A stretch of DNA of 64,000 nt, from assembly GCA_001687465.1 (NCBI GenBank), contig LVLI01000007.1:62001-126000 (forward strand), written 5' to 3'. The notes under the pieces are model-generated. The model worked only from the letters and a program-made list of their open reading frames with translations, ran no database searches and was not told where the DNA came from. Both the position numbers and the translations under genes were made by a program. Numbering within the stretch: position 1 is the stretch's first letter; each line of letters begins with the position of its first letter. This DNA is from Halocafeteria seosinensis. Its lineage: Eukaryota. Of the stretch, positions 46,501 through 54,747 are shown piece after piece.

Positions 46501-48457
46501 CTTCAAGAAACTTTTGGTGTTGAAATGCTTGCGCCCAGATAGGTTGAACACGGCCCTTCAGAATTTTATTTCTCAAACTCTTCCTTACGGTGACAAGTTT
46601 GTTGAGGTGGACTCCGCGCTTAACACGTTGCAAATTTTGGAAGATACGCTCGCCGACTCTAAGCCTACCACTCCTCTGTACTTCATCCTTTCCCCCGGTG
46701 CTGATGTAGTTGGCGATCTCGACCAAATTGCAGCGAAGAAAGGCTTTGAAAAAGGCGTAAACTACCATAATATATCAATGGGTCAAGGCCAGGACAAGAA
46801 AGCGATTGAAGCGCTGGAGCTTGGACATCGACAGGGTCACTGGGTCATCTTGAATAACGTCCATCTTATGCCTACATGGCTTGTAGAACTGGAAAAGAAA
46901 CTTGACCAATTCGCGGAAGAGGTGAGCCACGAGAGATTCCGTGTATTTTTGACGTCTGAGGCCGCTCCGACAATTCCGATCGGCATCCTAAATCGGAGCA
47001 TAAAGCTAACTAACGAACCCCCTACTGGGTTGAAGGCTAACCTGAAGCGCGCTTTCAATATGTTTAGTGCTGAGTATATTAACGAAATCGACTCTAAGAT
47101 GCGTGCTATCTTGTTTGGTTTGTGCCACTTCCACGCAATTATGATCGAGCGGAAGAAGTTTGGGCCTATGGGATTCAACATGTCGTATCCATTCTCTTTG
47201 GGCGATCTTCGGGACTCCGCTGTGTGTCTGTCAAACTATATGGAAAACTCTCCCCCCAAAATACCATGGGAGGATTTGCGTTATATCTTCGGTCAAATTA
47301 TGTACGGCGGTCATATTGTCAATGATTTTGATCGTCTATTGTGCGTAACATACTTGGAGCATTTTATGAGGGATGAATTGTTGGACGAGATGGAGATGTT
47401 CCCATTCAATAAGGATGAGGATGCCAGTTTTGTTAGCCCGAGTCCTACTACTTATGACCGCTACATCGAGCACATTGACGAAAAGCTCAAGGGGGATACC
47501 CCTGTTGCATTCGGACTCCACCCGAACGCGGAGATTGGCTTCCGCACTGCTCAATCCGAATACTTGTTCCGTACACTTCAGGACCTGCAACCGCGAGAAG
47601 CCGGTGCTGAAGGGGAGGAGGCGAAAAGCCCTCAACAGATCGCCGAGCAGGTGATGCAGGACATTTTGGATGTGTATGGGGACACAAGTTTTGATCTAGA
47701 AGATGTAGCAGCCTCTGTGGAAGGAGACCGAGGGCCTTTCCAGAATGTTCTACTTCTGGAGCTAGAGCAAATGAATACTCTGCTGGCAGAGATGCGCCGA
47801 AGTTTGGGAGAGCTCAAGCAAGGGTTCGAAGGAGTGCTGACGATGACTGATGCCATGGAGGAATTGAAGGACTCTTTGTTTTTGAACCGCGTCCCTCCTT
47901 CTTGGGGAAAACTAGCCTGGCCGAGTCTTCGTAGTCTAAGTGGGTGGAAGAATGACTTGAGTAGTCGGCTTACGCAGCTTTCCGAATGGAAAGATAACCC
48001 TTCTACCATCCCGATGGTGACGTGGATTAGTGGGCTGATTAATCCCAGCGCCTTTTTAACGGCTATTCGTCAGCAGACTGCTCAAGCGAACAAGCAAGAA
48101 CTTGATAAGTTGGAGATCCAGACGGAAGTAACTAAGAAGAATCGTGAAGACGTTGATGCTCCTTCTCGTGATGGAGCTCTAATCAGCGGTCTTCGCATGC
48201 AAGGTGCACGATGGGACTTTAATGGAGGTTTCGTAGACAGGTCGAAGCCTAGGGAGATGTTTTGCCCAATGCCTGTGATCAACTGTAAGGCTGTTCCGTC
48301 GGAGAAGCTCGAGACGAAGAACATCTATAACTGCCCCGTCTATAAGACAGAAAGTCGGGGACCAACGTTCGTCTTCATGGCTCAGCTGAAGACGAAGAGT
48401 CCTCCCTCCCGATGGATTATGGCCGGCGTAGCATTGATCATGGATGTTGTCGGCTAA
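34541..48457 (+). CDS. Axonemal outer-arm dynein heavy chain (beta/ODA4-like), single exon, 4638 aa
   Basis: P-loops GPAGTGKT, GPGGCGKT, GNAGTGKT, GVGGSGKQ; FPRFYF, CFDEFNR, TMNPGYAGRTELPENLK, coiled-coil stalk, C-terminal WIMAGVALIMDV. Confidence 0.97.
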   Translation: MPGGDNTDTNGEQRASDKRHEWLYNRVQTVFKHVKQDKFNKAWKEPETVDRIEDFLNNPESRLLLVYSDNITVASEFPKKFPKGKVVYFLKSNPVTVPNEDPGSVVSFNDLSQEPLEHLEKVLSEVYIPLLSNPRNQVGWGEVTSKEVVDKLHSFLANVSITVGNTKGETCLPLPPVDTEMNEEGEQPRHDTPGSFLSIKDRIHLLEGAVITWTKQIKNVLKQDPESLLKQGKHPPPEVEIEFWKTKAGNLNAIFDQLQSERVRKVLQFLDQARSTYCTPFAKLCREVFAAREEANDNVKYLRTLEGWFQKLSGSSDFEELHKLFKPIMHILLLIWKNSRYYNTPARLVVVIREICNAIVSQAFGFVNGKLIFEYIDEEEPQAAVKRLKTTLKICSAFKSVYAEYKSTANAECPSNPWRIQNSALFLRLDAFIERCYDVLEMTDIIVKFNKLQRIEIGGTKGKTLTHTVQQIYQDFQQAVADFRKVPYDIMDVEQKAFDTDFYKFRQSVKELERRLGSVLTRGFDDQSTISARFKLLESFDTLLERPIIQDELERKHISLVQAYGEDLKKVQEIFLTERDNPPIGWNLPPIAGALTWCRGLKERIMEPMRKLRDLNKSVMEREESKEVINLYTTLMNSLGDYEHARIEEWGADLEKNSEAKLKLNLLVRGVGGPHVTSTGDPDVDASLLQVNFDPALVRLLREVKYFLLMGLEVPATALTIYQKSTTYRKYTTSLEMMTNMYNQMMIELLPVEAPLMRPQLSKIDNSLKAGLEQINWMSGNSIDNFINDTSSLVKSAHATLFHLKQNLDEISDVLEKWSSQPLLERKPKPMTPDEFDNMYKTLKSSKFTQIKQGGVEIEKKLKDSHATMGINKSHPNWLAYTDFVNGVVVQGLSKMVCTSLEYLADQVDAEQIQKQGRQPMLIVELTLQHSGIKFVPSIEEEDEEEEEEENEEQETEGDETEEGEGGSKSSIYAIVGEWIDSFYQAVAQLKRLDDPDGRYVKEVQGDLNIQMLLARVYGHLEETEESCKEHQSYFEKYSWLWEKEVDDEFEKFKNEAFLEMDPRERVEEAEEDEEEGGSHDDKENEVEVEMLRIPDLEKFDEEIKKFENIQEEISNMSSATNIGWLRVNNDPAKIAIGRVANKWTSKFTGYLEHFVTDELEDLIKFMDTVNEGIQKEVSDKDESKENLRSVMAIIRDVKACQDRRKALFTPLKKTVELLKHHGSHVDDLKVSQGKAVEFLESAPLKWKDTVTRTFSKREEIFPLQTAESEVIKNQAEEVFVAMRSFRNDFRKNAPFAFSGPADDAYALLDKYWAQLQDMEQKAEELNEQESLFELPMSKFQETADTRNEIKLLKQLWDLKGLVLSTYEDWKQTLWSDIDTDELEDQNKKLRDYVKKFGDSQQIVKGWSVFRDIETEVKDMAVALPLVNQLHSPAMRERHWARLAQVCNVKDLDPTDPNFNLQSLLDLELHRHELDVTDVVDTAERDLKIEQKLNVISDAWKEFTLDFVPHKDTETYVIKVSDEVMEALETHQMELQSLQGSEHFQADVDDWQAKLGLVEEVLREWMNVTKQWANLEVVFLTSEDIKESLPEDTKRFDQINKDFEELMKSAVETPNVVESCTKEGRKDSLKQMNEMLDLCQKSLNEYLDMKKKKFPRFYFVSNVDLLDILSNGNNPPRITKHLASCYDALSSLEFKEPEEEGQVQNTAISMTASDGEVVEFATPFVAKGPVEDWLNDLTKKMQDSLRDEAEKAVETAVNWEVETPRHIWVEHYPAQISLVGTQIFWTEETHRALEEFEAGTEDAVKKYYQVCNERLNALIGRVIGYLPKDLRTKIIALITLDVHARDVIQKLIDEKAEGPGSFLWAQQLRFSWEPYNRDINIAITDFKTKYAYEWIGNAPRLVITPLTDRCYITLTMALRLMLGGAPAGPAGTGKTETTKDLARALALPCYVFNCSDQMTYQTIANIFKGLAQCGAWGCFDEFNRISIEVLSVVATQVYSVLSAVKQFSNPLNREEEYQHLPAGTPPSVVGQFELQGDTVKLIPTVGLFITMNPGYAGRTELPENLKALFRSCAMIRPDLALICENMLMSEGFQNARPLSVKFVTLYQLASELLAPHPHYDWGLRAVKSVLIVAGALKRAEPETVEDAILMRALRDFNTPKMTNADIPIFLRLIQDLFPQHHNLPPKFDTNVEQGATEACKEFDPPLQYDRIFINKVVQFQELLDVRHSVMILGPGGCGKTSIWKTLAAHHNRGGGGERPPPNRLPLRYDVVNPKALTSDELYGYMTLSNDWKDGVISIIMRGMSKNDRELGYHDYQVWKWVVLDDDIDAEWIESMNTVMDDNKVLTLVSNERIPLTDPMRMVFEINSLKNATPATVSRAGILYVNDTDVGWRPFVESWISRRKSDSEKAHLPGMFDKYIEELLERLRKNFKQAVPLPPINQVMSVCRLLEGMLPSLPEAPNAEQVEHVFVMALVWAFGGPLVVEKGEGQDYRRNFHEVLADLAGSVVKFPKEIPGNDKPTCFEFYYQPSESNAKGSVGELLPWADKVEKYVPVPIGTGPGQTPFQKLNVPTVDTVRMTGILDLLVKKGHHVMFVGNAGTGKTSLVKNYLNSLDSDHMLNYSITMNYYTDSKAFQVQIDDAVDKRSGRIYGPPAGKKMVFFVDDLNLPYIEKYGTQNALSLFRQIIDHKSYYDRVDVGFRKDLVDCQYIAAMNPTSGSFTITERLQRYFTTIACLMPSDSDLELIYGSILQGHLANFSEEVQQLGPTITQASIKLHEEVSRKFLPSAITFVYNWNMRELSNVYQGLTLARSEFYPKGMTYLRLWAHECYRVFADRMVSVEDQEKFHEVLKGITDKHFKEYKADELYEEPLMFTNFAAQPSGGSDPTYLPLPPGEKGMEILSNTLQQKLIEHNEGKMVMNLVLFEQAMEHVCRIVRIISNPGGHAMLVGVGGSGKQSLSRLAAFICGYETVQLAITSKFTVTDFKESLQGMFKTAGQKGQGVVFLMTDSQIVNDEFLVYINDILSSGWVTDLFEREDLESIFASLKNEAKAVGISPDQQDQMMDFLIERVKQNLHIVLCFSPVGSTFRIRARRFPGLINCTSNDRFHAWPREALVSVASSNIEELEVFPSEEVKTQVAEHMASAHVSVSEVSEQFRAKFNRNVYVTPKSFLELIGFYKHLLRVKMDESQANVTRLDEGLAKLRQTQQDVAELQTDLSHTMEKVQEKVSATEKLLEEIKEQRSEAEEQEASAKEVADRAAEAKAEAEKLQANADQELAEAMPMMEKAQAALDSIDKSALTQLKSYSNPPKAVLKVTDCCLMMLEKEFKNLKWDKAKRMMNNVTEFVQRCKDFANNDAKTMSDELVNALKPYIDDEDFTVESMSKVSEAAGSLTLFVRAVYNFNRVWVTVKPLMDGLEEAKEKKEAAVAEKEQADKEVAEVRAKVQALEDKLSDAESEKKAVEDEAEHCQNRLQLAERLVNGLSSENKRWGEEVERLKTNELRLIGNVLLAAAFVSYAGGFDHEFRSKLWEHTWMPDLKEREIPLSEDADPLSILVTEAKIASMQNEGLPADRISTENGAIIVSSQRWPLMIDPQLQGVKWLRRRFKVGEEGSQCIVVQLTQNQWQRKISMALSNGNTVIIENCSEEIDATLDPVLSRSVVQRGRNYYVNFSGEDVEYNSSFQMFLQTKLSNPHFKPELQAQCSLINFIATEVGLQDQLLARVVNEEKSELEEKKQKLQEAFNSYKMQLIELEDDLLNRLANAPDDILSDVALIEGLEATKKAAVEIENAVEKGKETEKEINAARQVYVPVAEEGAMLYFMITQLNNIDHMYQYSLDSFVLYFYKAIREAPKSNETSKRVTSLRDTLRLTIYTWVVRGLFEKHKLILTAQLTFQLMQRKKLNIDFEFRHNMFQFLLFSGKKADEPKPASLDWLPEPAWHSLQALASLEDAGFERLPADLDEAPARFNEWFNHTTPETEKLPLDWASLEKEPFKKLLVLKCLRPDRLNTALQNFISQTLPYGDKFVEVDSALNTLQILEDTLADSKPTTPLYFILSPGADVVGDLDQIAAKKGFEKGVNYHNISMGQGQDKKAIEALELGHRQGHWVILNNVHLMPTWLVELEKKLDQFAEEVSHERFRVFLTSEAAPTIPIGILNRSIKLTNEPPTGLKANLKRAFNMFSAEYINEIDSKMRAILFGLCHFHAIMIERKKFGPMGFNMSYPFSLGDLRDSAVCLSNYMENSPPKIPWEDLRYIFGQIMYGGHIVNDFDRLLCVTYLEHFMRDELLDEMEMFPFNKDEDASFVSPSPTTYDRYIEHIDEKLKGDTPVAFGLHPNAEIGFRTAQSEYLFRTLQDLQPREAGAEGEEAKSPQQIAEQVMQDILDVYGDTSFDLEDVAASVEGDRGPFQNVLLLELEQMNTLLAEMRRSLGELKQGFEGVLTMTDAMEELKDSLFLNRVPPSWGKLAWPSLRSLSGWKNDLSSRLTQLSEWKDNPSTIPMVTWISGLINPSAFLTAIRQQTAQANKQELDKLEIQTEVTKKNREDVDAPSRDGALISGLRMQGARWDFNGGFVDRSKPREMFCPMPVINCKAVPSEKLETKNIYNCPVYKTESRGPTFVFMAQLKTKSPPSRWIMAGVALIMDVVG

Positions 48458-48573
48458 TTCATCCACAACTTTCTGAGTTGTGGTGACACACACTGTTAGA
48501 AGTCGAAACAGTATCAACGAAAATACATGTTCGTACATTTCTTCCCGTTCACAAATGTTATTATTCCACCATT

Positions 48574-49326
48574 TTAGATAAATGCTGATTTTTCAAAGAA
48601 AGATCGCAGCGTATATATCTGCCATGCTGACATTCCTACCAACACAAGAAGTTCTAGCACCGAAAACCATAGTACACGAGCATTGGTACTCTCGTTTGCT
48701 GCGGTGGCATTGGAACGTGTTTGGACAGCTGGATAGAGGCGGCTCTTATACGTAACTTACTCTTTCGAGCAGCTCTTTCTCTGAACCACATGTACCGCTG
48801 CTTGTCGGTAACTTTGTCCATTCTGTCCTTGAGAACGGCTAATTCGCTCTCTAATTGACTAACATCATCTGGTTGGGGAGTTAACAACGATAAGCTCATA
48901 ACAACAAGTATCACTGCTCTCGCTACTCGTACCTCGTTTCACAATATCCTGGTACAGGTCATTCCCTTTGTGTAGATTGAATCCAACCGACTTAGTGCCA
49001 CTGGTGGCGAACTGATTGTCGAAACAAACAGTGAATAGTCCATCCCGGTTGGCCACGACGCTAAACTGTCCATACACTTCCTTATCTTGTTCAAAATGTA
49101 CTTTCCCATCCTCATCCGTGACGGTCACTGTAATGTCTAGGAATCCACCGTCAGTCACCTCGTAGTTCCCAATCAACTTATTATCCTTCTCAACGTATTC
49201 ATAGAGGCACTCTTTTGTATTGGTCTCGACGTCCAATGTCGTTCCAGCGCAGATCTGCACACAGCACAGTACTAACGCTATACACGCGCCCGTAGGACCG
49301 GTCATAGCACCACCACCTCTAGCCAT
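48574..49326 (-). CDS. p24/TMED (emp24/gp25L) cargo receptor, 3 exons
   Basis: Signal peptide, GOLD domain ECLYE..GNYEVTDGGFLDI..CFDNQF, NESTNARV, transmembrane helix, FFEKSAFI*. Confidence 0.9.
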
Positions 49327-49704
49327 CGTTGTCCTTGCAATGGACGAGAAAAACGAACACCAAAAGCCTATGATACAGGCAACAAACAAGGCTTCGTCGT
49401 ACCAATATGACTAGTAGCAAGCGTCAGACACGATAAACTTTTCGTTCACTTTATATAATTGAAATGATTCTGTCACGTTGCACCACAGCGACCAGACAGA
49501 CAGACTCTGATAAAAAAAAATGCGCCTTGTCATTTGTCACTCGTTGTAGATTAAGAATTTTGTGGGTGTGAACGTACAATAGATGCCATCTATCCAGTAT
49601 TCTCCAAAGTCTCACGAGAAGCCGGTATGCACAAGGCAAGCCAAGCTGTCTCAACGTTACAGCCTAGCCATCACCATCTTCCGAAAGTCCAACGAGACCC
49701 CTCA

Positions 49705-49865
49705 CAATCACGACAGAGTAAGAGCCAGAAAAGATGAAACTAACGAAATACGAACACCAAGAGAGCATGACGTAGAAATCACCCGAACAATCACGACAGA
49801 GTAAGAGCCACAAAAAGATGAAACTGACGAAATACGGACACCCAAGAGAGCATGATACAGAAGTT
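49705..49865. repeat. Imperfect tandem duplication, 83-bp period, 2 copies
   Basis: CAATCACGACAGAGTAAGAGCCA..AAAAGATGAAACT.ACGAAATACG.ACACC..AGAGAGCATGA starting at 49705 and 49788. Confidence 0.9.
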
Positions 49866-50439
49866 GCGCCGTTCTTTATGGAGTTGACGGATTGCTTACA
49901 GAAGACGCAATTAAGAAGGGGTTTGACAACAACGTGGGACCAATTGCTAAGGCTTGGAGGGTGTACATTGAAAATTCATGTGTCTAATTCTTGAAAGCCT
50001 TAAGTAAGGAGCGAGTTTCTGATCGGTACTTCTGTCAAGCCGAGTTCACCTCTTTCAGCATCAGCATCTCACCCACTACGTTACTGGAGAGTTTTGAGAA
50101 TGAAATCGGTTTGCCCCCTTTTCCCAGCAACTTTTGATAAAGTTGACGTTGTTCCCCGCTGCTCTTGCAGGAGTTGCTTCTGGTTCGGATCAAAGTTGAA
50201 GTTGCGGGGCATACGACAAGCAAGCTAGACGCTGGCTGTAAGAGACTTTGGTAAACAAATTGGCACGATGTGACCGTATGAAACAGTGCAGAGTATCATA
50301 TAGTATAGCTTGATGCCATGGGGTGTTCCTGTTTTCTCTCTCGCTTCTCGTAGGGATAGCGTGCTTGTAGAACGACGGTATTCCTGAGTTGCTAGAGCAT
50401 ACCTGTACGCTTTTACTTTTGCACCATATTAACGTAGCA

Positions 50440-51202
50440 ATGTTTTATCGAAGAGTGACGGCTCTAGTCATTGCCCTCGTGGTATCGATTCTGTCCACAA
50501 GGAGCGAGGGACTGCTGCTCCACGTCGGATCTCGTCAACGGGAATGCGTCTTATTGGAAGCGCAAGAGCAAAATGAGATCGAAGGGTCGTTTGCGGTTAT
50601 ACAAACGGGGACCCGTATGGCGTCCAATGACCTCGCCGATGCGATTGCCGTGACGGCACACGACCCAAACGGCGCCACCATATACTCGAAAGCCACAGGC
50701 ATCTCAGGAGAATTCACGACTAAGGCACGCTCGACAGGTGTATATGAACTTTGCTTTGACAATTCCAATGGAGGGAATGAAAAAGCTATAGATTTCGCAT
50801 TAAAAACGGGGAATACTCGCGTCAAAGCCGTATCTGGAGATTCGGGTGGTATGTGCGGTAGTGCCTGCGGCAACCTGTATTCGCCTACCAAACCTCCCCA
50901 TTGCAGTTGATAGCGAACAAGTGGCCGAGGAAATAGCAACCCTCAAGAAGAGGATAGACGAAGTCAAGGAGAAGCAATCGCACTACAAATTCAGGACCAA
51001 AGTGGCACAGGAAAGTAGGTCGTACATTTCTTGTTCCTTCTTGGCTATCTCGGTATTCGAACAGAACTGGTTGCTACGTTGCGCAGCGGATGAGAGCACG
51101 AATTCTCGCGTGGTATGGTACGGTGTATTTGAGCTTTGCGTGCTTGCGGTTGTATCCGTATCGCAACTGATGTATATCAAAAAACTATTCAAGCACGTAT
51201 AA
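50440..51202 (+). CDS. p24/TMED cargo receptor (second paralog), 3 exons
   Basis: Signal peptide, ECVLLE, GVYELCFDNS, DESTNSRVVW, transmembrane helix, KKLFKHV*. Confidence 0.88.
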
Positions 51203-51272
51203 GCATGGTTTCGTTTCCGGGAAGCTGAGGTCGATTTCACGGGAAGACCCAACAGAAAGAACAACCGAGAAA

Positions 51273-51926
51273 TTATTCGTTGAATTTCCTGAAAAGGTTT
51301 TCGGGATTCGTCATAGCTTTGAATTCCAAATTGTTTCCGGAGGGATCCTGCGAGATGGTCAAGGGCACACCCAATCTTAATGTTCTTTCTTTTCTCTGTA
51401 CAAGTTTCTCTATATTTCCGACATATGAACGAACCTTAAAGAACATGGTGTACTGCTCTCCCGGACTATCTTTAAATCTAAGATGTGGTTCGATGATAAA
51501 CTGTATCTGAAAGCCCTTTAGCCTTTCGGCCAATGCGTGAAATTCGTCCACAGTCAAAGCAGCACCAAAGTGAGGCACCGGAACTTCGTCACCGTCTACC
51601 GGATTGACATGGTCCACAGCTCTGTATTCTTTGCCTACCCTGTATGTCCATGGTGAATAGACCCTGATGATTCACACACAGCTCAGTTAAATGTCCGTAC
51701 CAATGCACCACAAGTTGGTGACCATAAAAGTTATAGTCCTGCCATTTATCGGAGCTTCTCCCTTCAGAGCAACCCAGTATAGTTCCGTAAAAGTGTTTCG
51801 CTGCATTCCAGTGAAAAACAGATTACCGCCCGATTATCTACGGTATCTTCTCTGCAACATACCAGCTTCCAAATCGTGCACCGGCAGAGCCAGGTGAAAG
51901 GGGGGCGGGGCGGACGAAGTCGACAT
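51273..51926 (-). CDS. VOC/glyoxalase-family protein (bacterial COG3565-like), 4 exons
   Basis: [77 protein letters not shown]. Confidence 0.9.
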
Positions 51927-52125
51927 TCCCGTAGAGTCCAATATATTGTATCCTTGCATGAAGACAACAATCCTATACAGTACTCTTCGTTTCCATTCTC
52001 CAGAGCTTGAAGTTGCATCAAGTCAGGAATCCACATCTACAGTGTACAATGGCAGGAAGCGAAAGTGTCGATATCAGGCTTACACAGCAGAAAACGCCCA
52101 TATCCATCCTTTGCTGTCCAGAAAC

Positions 52126-54317
52126 ATGTCAGGAACTCTTCGTAAACGAAAACAAAGCCCGGGGCGTCGAGCGCCCCCTCAGCCGGATTGGACGAAAACG
52201 ACGACAACATCCGCCAATGCATCCGCCAATGGGGCACCGAGCGAATTGGTGTCGATATACTGGCGCGAGAAGGGAGCTTGGATGAATGCAACTCTCCGTG
52301 ACTTAGTAAGTCCAGAATGCGCATGTGGTTGGTCTCCATAACTTGTATATGACGTCAGTATGCAGTTCATGTCATGCAGACTATGGAGTGCACCCGCATC
52401 TCTGATGCCCATTTTACTGACCGCGTTTCTCGTGCAAGCTGTATCGCCTGCGTATAATTCATTTCACCGGGTACCAGAAATTCCTGTGGTCAACGCCTGG
52501 CTGGGTTTGAACTGGTTAAATTTTGACGTTCTAGATCTGGTACTGGCGATACTGGGGGGCGTGGCCACTCACCTGGCAGCGAATCTCATCAATACGTATT
52601 TTGACTACTTTAACGGGATTGATACGAAAGCAACCGCAGATGATCGAACGTTAGTTGATGGCAAGGCTATCCCGGACACGGTGGCAACATTGGCAATTGT
52701 TTGCTTGACTATTTCCGGAGCCATTTGTGGGTACTACGCCACAATGATCGGAACTCCCTTCCTCACTGTGGCCGTCTCCGGCGTTTTGCTAGGAATTCTG
52801 TATACTGCAGCACCGTTGCAACTAAAATATAAAGGGCTGGGAGGGATCACGGTGTTCGTGTGCTTTGGGCCGCTAGTAATGAGTGGGGCGGCCCTGATTC
52901 TTTTACACCGCTCAGAAATGCAATGCGAGGCACTTTCTTGTGTCCCTGGTAGTCTCTATGTCCTTTCATGCGCAGTTGGAGCTCTTACAGCTGCCATTCT
53001 GGTAAGTAATGATATCGAGGTTACGCTTTCCTCGAGCTCTACCGCTTGCACAGTTTATTCCTGCAGCACGCAAACAACACCCGCGACATTGTCCCGGATG
53101 CTGCCCGAGGAGCGGCAAGCATCGCCCAAAGGCTATCATTTCGTAGTAATTTGACTGTGTATACGCTGCTATTGGGAACTGCATATGTTGTTGCAGCTAT
53201 TGGGATAATGATGGTGTATGTGGAACAAAGTATCAAATACAATTCCTCGGCTGCCAGAGACCTTAAATCTCTTCCGGTTATCGGACAGGCAGCACTCGCC
53301 GTGTCAACAGCATTTCGCGTTCATCTCAGACACATGCATAAGATTGTTCTAATGGCTTGCTCTATGGCCACATCTTCTACTGAATTCGTGTCTGATATGG
53401 CTTTGGCTTTGATATTGAGCACCCTCCGAAGAGATGGTCTGCTCAAGATAGGAGCTGGCCAGTTGATGCTGTTGATACCCTTACCTTGGACTCTTCAACT
53501 TATTCGCCGTTTTCGAGAGAAGCTCCTCAGAACTCTTCCGCAGTTTACTGCTCAGTTTGAAGTCCTGTTCGTATGCGCCGTGGGATGCTCGTTTCTCACA
53601 TTGGGGTCGTTGGCAACACTTTTTCTTGGCATTCTCTATACGTTGGGTGCCGTGAACAATTTCCTCATGTGGCATCATATTTCAGAACTCGTGCATGCCA
53701 AAATGAATAATTTCTATCAATGCATTTTCCCAGGCAAACAGCTGGCCAGGGTGGTCAGCTTTAGCTCTGCAGGTGCGGCCACCGTAACTCAATTCATATT
53801 GTCGTTAGGTTTCATGTTACATGTATATCAACGAGAGTGTGCGTGGGGTCTGTTTTTCTGGACGTTACTTGTATCAGTTATCACGCATGACTTTTGGAAT
53901 TCCGGGAGCGGCGAATTTGACGACTCATCTGGAGAGTACGTAGATGTTCCGGACTATGCTCCTTCAAGAGCCAATGGTACGCTATACAGCGCGGCAGAAT
54001 TGGACAGCGATAATGTTGGAGCAGCAACTCCTTCGAGAAATAAGACAGATGGAGCCTATGGTCGATCTAAACGCTCGAGGTCAAAGACGTCCTCAAGAAG
54101 GAAATACAGTAGTGACATGGAGACGCTACATCCAGAAACATCGACGCCGAATGAAGTTCTTTGGGATGCTAGCATAGCCGTTAAAAAGGACGCAGTGAAT
54201 TTAGTACCAGTGTTTTCTAGGGCGTTCGACAACCAGTTCGTTCACTTCTTCAAAAACATCGGAATGGCAGGAGGGCTGTTGGTCTTCCTCGCAGCAACAG
54301 GAGAATACGAATTTTGA
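52126..54317 (+). CDS. UbiA prenyltransferase (UBIAD1/MenA-like) fused to a C-terminal DoxX/SURF4-like membrane domain, 3 exons
   Basis: NLINTYFDYFNGIDT..DDRTLVD, LYTAAP..LKYKGLG, HANNTRD after intron 53002-53066; same open frame continues to HDFWN and FVHFFKNIGMAGGLL. Confidence 0.85.
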
Positions 54318-54747
54318 GCCACCCGTGCATCGACATACTCTCGACAGAGTTAAGATTGAATAGTACATGCTACATTAAGTTCGGGGCGAGAGTTGTCCGT
54401 TCTTGTAGAGTTCCTCCCTCAGGAGGCAGCGGTTGCGAGGTATCCGTACTTCGCCCCGACGAAAGGACGGCAAGCATTGTACTCCCTTGGTAGATTTAGA
54501 AAAACGTAGACAATATAGCTTAGATAGAAAGAAAAATAATGCAACAAAGAAGCGTGCATAGTTACTCTACTTGCACCATCTGCTTGTATTCATCTTGCGG
54601 TGCTCCGAGGGAGTCTGAGCTCGCTTTCGTACAACTTCAACTTGGCAGATTTCAAATGAGCTAAACGCACAAGCATCAGGCATGCACATTGGGTGGGATT
54701 TGTATGGCCCCCTTTCGAAATTCAATTGAATACGCTCGGGTAGAATC

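Noticed and set aside
34328..48538. Many antisense and overlapping ORFs within dynein and other genes
   Set aside because: Shadow ORFs expected from codon bias of the sense gene; no domains recognised.
49705..49865. Possible CRISPR-like array
   Set aside because: Only two long imperfect units, no spacer series, no cas genes, eukaryotic context.
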